DNA of 64,000 bases from Trichoplax adhaerens (lineage: Eukaryota > Animalia > Placozoa), in the NCBI RefSeq assembly GCF_000150275.1, contig NW_002060952.1:394482-458481 (forward strand), given 5' to 3'. Positions within the stretch are counted from its first letter, which is position 1. The number at the start of each line of letters is the position of its first letter. Position numbers and translations under genes: made by a program. This document shows positions 42,950 to 54,163 of this stretch, piece after piece. The notes beneath the pieces were generated by a model that saw nothing but the letters and a program-made list of their open reading frames with translations, did not search any database and had not been told where the DNA came from.

Positions 42950-44085
42950 CAGTGTCGATGGGTGGCAATTGGGCATGTCCGCGACAGGAAAAACACTCCA
43001 AAAGTGCATGGTGACTTTTGGATGCTGTACACTCAGTGTACAGTACACTTGTACAGTACGTACTGTACGTAAAGTACCGTACACTGTAGTAACAGTACAG
43101 TACTGTATAGTACAGTACAGTACACTTACCGTGGTGTTGCTATAACCATACTGTACAGCTTCGATGGGTGGCAATTGGGCATGTCCACGACTGGAAAAAG
43201 ACTCCGAAAGTCCATGGTGACTTTTGGAGACGGTACACTTACCGTGACGTTGCTAAATGGGTGGCAATTGGGCATGTCCGCGACTGGAAAAACACTCCAA
43301 AAGTGCATGGTGACTTTTGGAGACTGTACAGTACTCTGTACAGTATGTACTGTACGTACTGTCCTGTTCTGTTGCTATGACCATACAGCGTCGATGCGTT
43401 GCAATTGGGCATGCCCGCGACTGGAAAAACACTCCAAAAGTGCATGGTGACTTTTGGAGACTGTACTGTACACTGTACAGTACTATGTACAGTACACTGT
43501 AGTAAGAGTACTGTATTGTACAGTCCACTTACCGTTGTGTTGCTATTGCGTGATGCACAACACTGTACAGTACTGTATACACGAGGGTATGACGTGTACA
43601 GTACGGCTAGAACGGCACGGCACGTCAAGTCAAGTCACTGTACAGGTACCATAATATTTTGTCACTTTCGGGCAATATTTTTCTTTAAAAATACAGTATA
43701 GCTATAATAGAATGATATAATAATAATCAGTATTTACTTATTAAGATCACTGGTTGATGCTTTTCAAAGTGACGAAGTACTTTGATAGACACTGTATACA
43801 GTACTGTAGTAACAGTACAGTACAGTCCACTTACCGTCGTGTTGCTATTGCGCGATGCACAACACTGTACAGGAGTGTATGACGTGTACAGTACAGTACG
43901 GCCTAGAACGGCACGTCAAGTCACAGTACAGTACAGTACTGGCCTGTACTGTACACTGTAGCAACAGTACTGTACACTGTACAGTGGACAGTCCACTTCC
44001 TGTTGTGGTGCTACTGCGCGATGCACAACACTGTACTGGAGTGTATGACGTGTACAGTACGGCCCAGAACGGCACGTCAAGTCAT
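42950..44085. repeat. Composite repeat array upstream of GOSR1: 4 x ~70-bp A units, 3 x ~100-bp C units, TACAG/TACTG-rich linkers
   Basis: A unit gcaattgggcatgtccgcgactggaaaaacactccaaaagtgcatggtgacttttggag at ~42965, 43171, 43264, 43401. C unit cagtccactt...gatgcacaacactgtac...tatgacgtgtacagtac...gaacggcacgtcaagtca at ~43521, 43823, 43989. Confidence 0.92.
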
Positions 44086-44117
44086 CCACTTCAGCGACAG
44101 GGACCAAAGTGACCGGA

Positions 44118-46472
44118 ATGTTGAACATGGACGTTCCTGGGCCTACAAACCGTTGGGAAGGTAAGCCATTTCTCCATCATTTGACGATCTGTAGCCTTTT
44201 TTCAGTCATACTTGAGTAAATCAGATAGGGTCTTGTCGTAGTAAGGATGATGATAACTGTTTGTTGTCCACGAACTATGATGATGACATTCAAGCTAATC
44301 CAATGGGCTGTTCCAATGGATCATGTTGTCATGATGGAGGAGAATCCTCCAGCGTAGTGGAATCAACTCCTCTATTTAGTCTAGGTGCTATCTTACCATT
44401 CATTTGTCTTGAATAATTAGTATAGCATGGATCGATGACTGTTAAAGTCCTATTCATGACAGGCCATCCTTCAATGGACATAAATGATGTAATGTGTAGA
44501 CGTATGCATACTCTTTACAGATACATTTCCACAGTCAGTCGCCATCGTCAAGTACAATCAGTAGGATGTTGTAGTGCTGTACTATGATAATCAATAAGAC
44601 AGTCGTAATCTTTGCTTCAAACATGCCAAATGATGATTACAATCCATGACTAGCATGCGACTTGCTTTCATAGCCAACAACATTTCTTCTTCTTGTCTTT
44701 GATGAATGTTGTGCATGTATATATACAAGATGGATACCCGATAATCATCAATCATTGCTACTATTTCTCCTGATAGAATCAAGACGCAAAGCTCGATCGT
44801 TAGAAAGCACTATCGACCTCAAGCTGGTATCATTTAGTAGGCTAGGTACCAATACCAATTATAACATTCGAGGAACAAAAAATGAAAGGTACTAAATGAT
44901 TCAAAAGAAGATCAAATTTACAAATATCTGTGCAGATAGGTCACGGATATCTGAGATCAATAGGCGCACTCATTTTATGCCATAACATGAAGTAGGATAT
45001 TGATGTGCTATATCGTATCAACTTTATTGATTTTCTATGAGTAGAGAAATGTACATTGGTTACATTTTTAGCGCTGCTAATGGTATGATGGATGCTATCT
45101 ACAGCAAGACCGATTTGTAGGACGTACGAGAGATCGTCCTGCAAAGATTGAGAACAGTTGTGAAATGACTACCTTTTCTTTTCTCTATTTCGTCTATGCT
45201 AGTGCTCAAAGTTCAACACCTTTGCTCGGCGATGATAGTAAACACATGGTAGATACAATGGCATTGGAGATTGAACAACTCTTATCCAAGGTTTACCTCA
45301 TATTTCTTTATTAATCCAGTCTGATTCTTTATCACAATGACAATTTGTGGACGGTACTAATCGCTTTTACTACAATATTTTAGTTACAAGATGTAAATGA
45401 TAATATGTCGGATTATGTCAATGCCATGGGTCATGCTTCTCCTAATACTACACTTGTTCATACACTTCAACGTCATCGTGATATCTTACAAGATTATAGA
45501 CAAGAATTTAGAAAAACTAGAGTAAGTAGGCTGGATTCTAATGTTATTTTTAAGCATTCTATTCATCTATGCTTTACTTGTAACAATTGTTCTTATGTTG
45601 TCATTTTGTTGTTGCTCTCCTTTAGGACAATATTAATACGTGTAGAGAAAGGGAGGAATTGCTCGGTGATGTTATGAATGATATACAGTAAGCTAATAAT
45701 TATCTTGCTTTCATCAATTACTTGCTGCACGTTGATGTTGTTTATCCCATGAGTAGCTACCTATGATATAGGCTTCATTGAGATCACAATCCTGGATATT
45801 TAATATAGCGGATACTATTGACTTGTTATTTGTGTAGTCGATACAAGAGTGCAGCTACAAATAGAAAAACTGATTTATATTTAAAAGAAAATGAGCATAT
45901 CAGAAGGTACTTACTTGATCGCTTAAAATGCATCCTAGGCTTTATTGTGGTTGGCACTTTTTCATATTAACTGTTTTTCTTCTTTAATGATTTTCATGCA
46001 AACGTTATAACCGGATCTACTTTGACAATGCAGTTCTGAAAGATTAACTGATGAAGCCATTAAGTAATTCTTCAATTAAACTGCTGTCATTGATCATTTA
46101 TGAACGATTTTAATAGTAAATGTTTATTTAGTATGGCCATGGCTACGAAGGAGAATCTTCATTCCCAGCGGAAGATGCTAGGCGGTATAACCAATAGGCT
46201 GTCCAACGTTGCTAGTATCCTTTCTTTCTTATTAATTTATTAGGTAATGACTAATGCAAGTGCTATAAACCTTTTCTAGTCTTGAATAATAGCCGATTTC
46301 ATTTGCTTATAAATGTTTTCTTAACATCATGTTACTATCAGATCGCTTTCCATTAGTCAACAGTTTAATACAACGCGTAAACGTTCGCAAAAGGAGGGAC
46401 AGTATCATTTTAGGATGTGTAATCTCAACCTGTATCATACTTTTACTTCTCTATGCTTTTCGCTCACGTTAA
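44118..46472 (+). CDS. GOSR1: Golgi SNAP receptor complex member 1 (GOS-28), ~251 aa; exons 44118-44160, 44777-44888, 45203-45290, 45384-45521, 45626-45687, 45838-45906, 46034-46063, 46132-46214, 46342-46472
   Basis: RWEESRRKARSLESTIDLKLVSFSRLG...HTLQRHRDILQDY...LYLKENEHIR...NRFPLVNSLIQRVNVRKRRDSIILG followed by a C-terminal TM anchor; the start could be ATG 44118 or 44127. Confidence 0.95.
46215..46341 (+). other. U12-type (minor spliceosome) GT-AG intron, last intron of GOSR1
   Basis: 5' site GTATCCTTT; branch-like TTTCTTAAC at 46317-46325, ~16 nt before the CAG; no pyrimidine tract. Confidence 0.9.
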
Positions 46473-47857
46473 TCTATATAGATACATCAAAAAACGTGGA
46501 ACCTTTCATCAGTTGTTCATGATAAAATCAATGCTACAGTATGTTGAAAATTAATTATCGCTCTAAATGTTACATAACTGGTTCATATTCTCAACAATTA
46601 CCAATTTTATTTTGGTGAACTCACCGACCAAATTTAACAATGCAATTTCTTCATATTGTATGTTGCTCTTGCTATATTTATTTTACAATGGAAATTTATT
46701 TGTATATACGGTATATTCGGTACGAAATTATAGTGGCATTAATGTTCTTGGCTAAAAGTATGACTTAACTAACCTAGCGGTATAGATTTAGAAAGATGTA
46801 ATTTGTTGTAGATAGGGTAATCTACAAAATGAAAATATTTGAAATGAAGTATCGTTGAAAATCTACTTGTACAAATTTGATTAGTCTTGTTGTATTGCGT
46901 TATATACTTTCCATAATGATCCTAATATTATTAACGTTTTTGTTTACCAAGCTGAGCTTTATCAGTTGTTTAGTTCGTATTACTACACAATAGTCCTTGA
47001 TGCATTTTAACTTAATACATGCTTCATTAGATTGATACAAACAGTAAGTACTGTATAAATACAGGTATGCTATTGCCTCTGATTTAAACGGTTAAAACTG
47101 ATACTATAAAATAGATTAGATTATAAACGGCGACTTTTCCACTGGTCCGTTTCGATCCGTAGACGATAGAATCGCATTTTTAATTTCGTATCTTCAGCAT
47201 GAGCATTTCAAATTGTGCGGTAGACCTCGCCATTTTTATACATATTCCGTATCCTTTCCCAAAACCAATTTATTTTCGAAATAAAACAATACAGCCATGT
47301 TTATGAGTATATAAGAAATTAATAGAGCGGCCTCATTTAAGGATACGGGGACATGTATAAAAATTAGCAGACTATTTCGCACTGATGATGTTTTAATAAT
47401 ATTCTAATACTTGATAATAAGAGGATGTGAGATTAAACGCCACAGTAGCGTATTGTTGCATTTTTATGTTATTTTCCAATGTAGTTCGACTTTATTTCAA
47501 TTAATGAGTACTAAGGGCATATAGTAAAACTGGAAAATATACCTGCATGACAAGTTACTATACACTTTTTGCTGCTCTCTGATATAACAGAAGATAATTA
47601 TAACTATCTCAACTACAACAACTGAATCCATCAAAAAATATAATTAGATCGATTATATCGCAATAAACATGCATCTTTTAGTAGCCCCCAATACTTATAA
47701 AGCAACGGCATTTCTAAAAGACAGATTTATTCATGTGATTGCTTTTATATCGATTCGGTTTTTAGTATTTTACAGAATCTAAAAATAGCAATTAAATGTG
47801 CATATAGCATAAGATTTCCTAAATTGTCAGTAATAATCCAATAACTTTAATTCATAG

Positions 47858-50800
47858 TTAATTTGCAGACGTTTGCTTCATCTCGTATTGCTTTCTTCTA
47901 TTTTCAAGCTTTTTGACCTAAAACATGAGTAATCATGAGAAAATTAAAGAGTGGTCCAATTGGCAACAATAAACAATTTTATTACACTTTAGAACATTGA
48001 ACATGCCTGTGCTCTTTTTTGTTTCCTGGAATGCATTATTCTTTCGTAAAGCCTACGCCGTTTTTTAGTCATTGCCATTATCGCAAGTTTTTTCTCTTCT
48101 TTAGTCCTGCCACTAGAGTCGACTACATCTTTGGAGGTTGCCTTATTATTTCCTGCTTTAATAACTGGAACAACTTTCTTTGCCTGTAATAGCAGTAATA
48201 GCTACGTTATCGATTTCGATTTTAATGCAATATGACATTGGTATTACTATTCAAAGCGGTAAAGTAATATCACCTTTGGGGAGTCGCTTTCGAGTACCTC
48301 TTCGATATTTCTTTTATTCCCTTCATTCTCCTGAGAAGGGTGGATAGATAGGCCTACGTAATTTATAGTCTCATTAACTAAACTGTAATGCCATGCTTGA
48401 GTAATATAGGTAAGACATTTTAAAAAAATTTAAGGATGCGTACCTTTATTCTCTTCTTCTATTTCCACTTCTTCACTTGTTTGATTGAGCAACTGTCGTC
48501 GTTCCGGAGGGACATAGTCCCCTTCTTCTTCAACTACAAATGGTGACAAATGAGGCGGCAGAACGATACCTAATAGTAACATAAATTCACAAGGTTTATT
48601 GCTCATAGATTCGTTTACTTTATGCCTTAAGAAGATGTAACACAGATATTTAAAATTAAATACAGACCAGCTAAGTATTCAACTTCTGAGAGTAATGTTC
48701 GGGCATTAACGCAATCAAATACCCATTGAGGTTGAACATAGTACCTAAGGTTGTAAAGACATGGATTCTTTCTCAGCGAACAAAAAAAAAGTACTTATTA
48801 ACACATTATAGGAAAACCTTATTAAGATATTACCGAGATAAAAACTGATGCTTTTGAGATGGTCGATCCACAATTTGGTGGGTTATACTTTCATCAGTTT
48901 CTTCATATGAAGCTCCAATAGAAGTCAGTGAATCCCAAGAAATTTGACCTCCAAAGCATCTGTATGAAATTAGTTGAGAAATTAAGTGCTCTAACGGTTA
49001 TTCTAGCCACGAAACACCCGATTAAATTTAGAATATCTAACCTAATTACAAACACCAGTGCTTCTTGTGGAACTTCTCGCGATAAGAAAAATTTTAGTCC
49101 TTCGAATAATTTTGAAAATTTTTTCTCTTCTTCCATTTTTTCTTTCATCTGAGTGGCATCTTCATCAATCTATAAAGGTGTCAATGAAAAAATTTTACGC
49201 ATATACATTAGCTAATGGCATATAAAGCAGTCATTTTGATTAATATCTTACCGTGTCAACTGGAAATTCATCTATTTCCGGGGTATCAGATTCAGCTACA
49301 TGAATAAATCAAAGGAGATAGAAGTTCGCTAAGACTATTTTTTCGGTAATTAATCACAAAATGAAAAGTACAATTGCATACCTGATTCAAATTTGGTTAT
49401 ATCTTGATTGAGAGCAATTAAGATCTAAAAATGTATATACATTCCATGTTAGCGCAAGAGAGGAATTAGTCAGAAAGTACAACTCTGGACAATGTCTTAA
49501 GGTTACGTTTTTCAAAATTGAATGAAATTAGTTCTTATACAGTGCTGAATGCTAACCTCATCCTCTAATTCATCGCTCATACAATAGTTTTCCACAGCTA
49601 CATGATTTAAAGCTGCTCTATCACGTACTAGCTGTAATAATGAATTATTGATATCAATGAAGGTGCAGATTGTATAATATCGGAAATTGGAAGTGAGAGT
49701 TGCAATTTATAAAAAAATCGTACGAAAAACATATGAATAGAACCTGAGGGGGGTATTTTAAATTGATACTATGATACAGCTGGAAGTTTACAAAGCCAAG
49801 AAGAGTAATATAGAACTCAAGAAAGGTAAGCATAACACGAAAGTCAACGTCGTAAGGAACCTAGAGAAAATTATTAATATTAATTATTAGTTATGATTTG
49901 GCTAATCGGAGAAAAAAAGGCTAATTAATAAAAACAAATTCGTATGTGTTCTTCATGTACACTACCTGTTCTGAAAACTTGTAAGGCACTATCCACGTTA
50001 CATTTTGACCTTGTAGCTCTACCTGATAGTATATCCCTTTAATCGATAAAAAGACCTAAGGAATAAATCGGATTATTTATGCACGAATTCTCAGTAAGGT
50101 TTTACATAGTTCACTGTTACTGAACTTTAAATTAAATTATTCGAAATTATTTACTTACCTTACGAAGACTTCTAGATTGAATAACATAATGCATGAATTC
50201 AGCTAGAAGATTGTTAATAATAAAATATTTATTATTTAAGTATTACAGATTTTTATTTGTAGCGATATGGTCATTTTTCAACTGTAACTAACGAGAGATC
50301 ACACGAGGGCTAACCTGATAATTTTCTACATTTGGCAACAATTTCACCCTAAAATGTTACAACCAAGTACAATAGTCAAAATGTGCTATGGTATCGTAGC
50401 AATGCATGTTTATTATGATTGGGTAAACAAAGTTAGTCCGTGACGTGAATGCATGAATAAATATTTTAAACGGACATCGACTGTAAGATAGAGCATCATA
50501 TGTTCAAAAAGCAATTTTAAAAATGTCTACATGGTTATATTTGAGCTAAATTTTGATCATTTCGGTAGTTATATATATTCTACGTTAAATATTATTCTTG
50601 AGACTTGCCTGGATTTTACTGGTTTGAGGCATAGAAGAAAAGAGAAATAACATTGAAATGGCGTCATCCAAATCTCTTAAGGCATCAATAAAAGAGGGAT
50701 ATCTGTTGTAAAGTATTTATTCATGTTAAATTAGTTTACATGATTTTTTTACATTTCTTGCAAAGTAATAATTAGCGCTCTACAATTTATATTAGACGCA

Positions 50801-53419
50801 TTTAGAAAATTTAGCAAATACAAGCATTTCTAACTGGAAGCCTAAGTCTGATGTAATAGATGTTGATATGAGATTACTAGTATTGTATTTGCATTTTAAT
50901 ATACGTGCTGTACGCAACCTTCTACCAGACTTTCTATAAATTAGTTTGAATGGTATAGTTACAAATTTAAGCCAATTGTATCGCTTTTTGTCGATAGTTT
51001 AAGCTTTCTAATATAATGATACTGATAGCTTGGGCTTATTATTTATTAATATCTACAGAATGTAGTATAGTAGTAACTGTAGCTTAAAAGTTCCGGTAGT
51101 TAAGTTTAGTAGCAGAGAATGATGTATAACACACTAAACTCTTTATCATTGTACGATATGATGACAAACCTTTCCTTCACAATATGATCTAGTGTATAAA
51201 CCGGTTTATTCTCATTTAATTTTGATGCGATATCGTCTTCTTTACGACCGATTGCACGTCTTAACTTTCGAACGAAGATTTTATGATCTCTGAATTTATT
51301 AATAATTGGTTCATGAGCAAGATATTTGATGTCCTTAATGTAATAGTACGTCCTGAAAGCAGTATCACCACCGCTGACTTTCTTTTTATTCTTTGGTTCG
51401 TGTGGATATATTCCCTTGAGTATGCACAATCGTCTGAAATAGAGTACATATACAGTTGTAGTGTTAGCATTATGGTATCAGCAGTAGTAAAGTTGATAAC
51501 TCGCTTATGAGATGGTCTCTTATTAAAGCAAATGCTCTATAATCTAACAATCCACATCATTACATTATTTGTAGATATACGGGTACTGTATGTGTGCAAG
51601 TCAAATAGTACCGATAGTAACTGCCGTATACATATGCACAACACCATAGTATGCAATTCGTGTAGCCTGTAACAAATAGCGATGTTTTAATAGTTCTTCG
51701 TTGGTAGCATTTCCTTTGAAGAATGCAACGTACTACGTATAGCATGTAGATAAATATTCCAGGGCACAATACCACGAACTAGACTTAGATAGAGCATGCA
51801 ATAACAATGTATTACTACTGCTATTGCTAATTAAAAGTGTACTAATAGAGATACATTGCTATTTAGTAGTGTATTTAATATACAGTAAATGGTAGAATGT
51901 ATTGCGTGGATTGATAAATCTGCCATTCTGTACAACTTGAAAATACTCGTTTAACAAGTTATGATATTGGTACAGCATGATAAGTACGTACATGATAGCT
52001 AGGGTTAAATAATATGATATATCGCAATATCAAACAGTAGTGAAGGTTATTTATTATTAATGGAAGATGCAATAATAAATGATCTAACCTAAAATCGGCC
52101 AAACTAAGTTGCAATTTCCGCACTGCTTGACTTCTAGTAATGAAATTTGTTGCAGCTCCACTTTTACCCTAGTTTATTAGAAGAAAAGACCATATAAGCA
52201 TGAAAGATGAAGCATATCAGGTACATTCAGAATCAGCACGATTGCAATCTAAGGCTAATACTGTCTATGCATAGAATAGGCAATACTGCCATGCAGTAAT
52301 AAATGTATTTATTCGTTGATCTTGTTATAAGTGCTGGCTAGTATCATTCTTGTCATTGATCTTTGAATTTCACGACAAAATAGGCTACCGTAGGTAGGCA
52401 CTATTGCACAAGCTCTGCTGTAAATTCTGCAATACAACATTATCCGATGATGTTGTTGTAAGTACAGCACGTAGATTAAATTACAAGAATGCCTGCTGGA
52501 CCAGTGCTGGCCATTACTGCTAAGTATCACAATAAAATTGACTACGATGGTTGTACAGTAGTTAAACTAGCTATACTGTAATGTAGTCCTATTTATCTGT
52601 TGATGTTGTTGCAAGTATAGCACGTAGATTAAATTAGCCATTGCCTGCTGGGCATTATTCTCATTATTCATCTTTGTTTGAGTATCATAATAATTGACTA
52701 CTATAGTTGTAGTTTAAGAGTTTATACTATCAATGCAGCAATATTATCCGTTGATGTTGTTACAAGGATAGTACTGTATATCGATTCAATTCAAAGATTG
52801 CCAGCTGGATCAGTGGTAGTTAACATTCTCATCATTCATCTTTGCTTAAATATCACCATCAAGTTGACTACTGTAGGTGTAGTTGAACCAGCTGTACTGT
52901 TATGTAGCAATATTGATCCGTTGATGTTGTTGCAAGTATAACAGGTAGATTCAATTCAAAGATTGCCTGCTGGATCAGTGTTGTTTTCATTCTCATCATT
53001 CATCTTTTGCATGAAGATCACGATACTGTCGGCATTCTTGAACAAGCTGTACTGTCATGTAGCAATATTTATGGTATGCCATCGATGATGTTGCAAGTAC
53101 ATCAGGTAGATTCAATCGAAAGATTGCCTGGTGGGCCAGTGCTAATTTTCATTCTCATCATTGATCTTTGCTAGAATATCAGGATAAAGTTGACTACTGT
53201 TGGCGTAATTATAATAATGTAGTCATAATGCTATGATAATGTTCATGCAGCAGATCGATTCTTGCCGATCATCATTCTCATCATCGATCCTCGATTCCAT
53301 TCCACGCTCAAATGAACCATTATAAGTGTCTATAACCATCGATTCATACAAGGCAATACTAAGCATTTAAAAGATACATAACCAATGTGATTACTTGCCT
53401 TCTTTTTTTCCTTTCCCAT
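47858..53419 (-). CDS. PES1: Pescadillo homolog (PeBoW complex, BRCT domain), ~559 aa, 18 exons
   Basis: MGKEKKK|[40 protein letters not shown]...[15 protein letters not shown]...[14 protein letters not shown]...[12 protein letters not shown]...LPPHLSPF; exon lengths sum to 1680 nt in frame. Confidence 0.96.
52280..53290. repeat. Diverged tandem array, ~6 copies of a ~130-170 bp unit, in PES1 intron 1
   Basis: The core gttgatgttgttgcaagta...gtagatt...tgcctgctgg...cattctcatcattcatctttg...ttgactac recurs at ~52315, 52447, 52598, 52750, 52920, 53084. Confidence 0.88.
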
Positions 53420-54163
53420 GCTTTCGATGATTTCTGTAGCTCAACAGAATGAAGTAATGATGAAGAAGAAGGAAAGATGCAGTTCTCCTATTAGCACCGG
53501 AAGGCGAGCTTGCGATCCACTTACTCACTCGATATGCGTACTGCACAGGCGCTTTAGCACAACGTCGGCCAGCTCGATCTCACGTGGGTTTACAGATAGC
53601 ATGTCATAATGTGAGGAGCATAGTGTTTCTTACCACGATGCAAGCATAACGATACAGTATAGAATACGACAACAGCGAGTCGTTTCCGCAGTCCGTCAGT
53701 CCCGATGCCCACCCGGCTACAGTACTTTACACAGTATTGACTGAAGATTACAATACTATATACTGTATCGCCCATTACTTGTATCGTAGCGTACAGTGTA
53801 CAGTATTTAGTCCTTGAGTATACAGTACTGTAGATTGTAAGAAAATTGCTGTTTGCAAAAATAATGTCACCCCTAGCGAGATACTAGCTACTGTACTGTG
53901 TAAATTCTTCGTTAGCCAATGAGAATATCTGGTCAAGACTAGAGCGTTAACGACGATTGGCCTAGAAGAAATGGGTGACATCTTATTTTGCACGACCAAG
54001 CTGCGCAGTAGCCATAAGTATTGCTAACGTTTAGTATTGTACCCATACAGTACCAAGGGACTCTACTGTACCAGGGAATTTTTCGCAGCCTAATCGTACT
54101 TAGCGTCCCTAAGGGGATCAAGGCCTCTACTGCGCAGCTTTCACCACAGAACTGGATGGTAAT
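53420..54163. promoter_or_regulatory. Putative bidirectional promoter between head-to-head PES1 and RSRC2
   Basis: 744 bp separate the two ATGs; GC-richer than the flanks, TACAG/TACTG clusters, two CCAAT boxes (agccaat ~53914; attggc ~53956). Confidence 0.65.

Noticed and set aside
43124-43135. ACTTACC resembling the U1 snRNA 5' end, or a spliced-leader donor on the minus strand
   Set aside because: No further U1 similarity and no Sm site at the expected distance
42956-43462. CRISPR-like look: palindromic repeats with variable spacers
   Set aside because: Repeats are ~70 bp, spacers are irregular and related to each other, there are no cas genes, and the context is an intron-rich animal genome
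42941-44128. Many overlapping Cys/Thr/Val/Tyr-rich ORFs
   Set aside because: Translations of TACAG/TACTG repeats on both strands with no protein signature
47115-47352. Extra GTATCCTT U12-like donors between GOSR1 and PES1 (also one at ~22963), with a short open frame
   Set aside because: No matching branch site or recognisable protein; a few chance 8-mer hits are expected in 64 kb of AT-rich DNA
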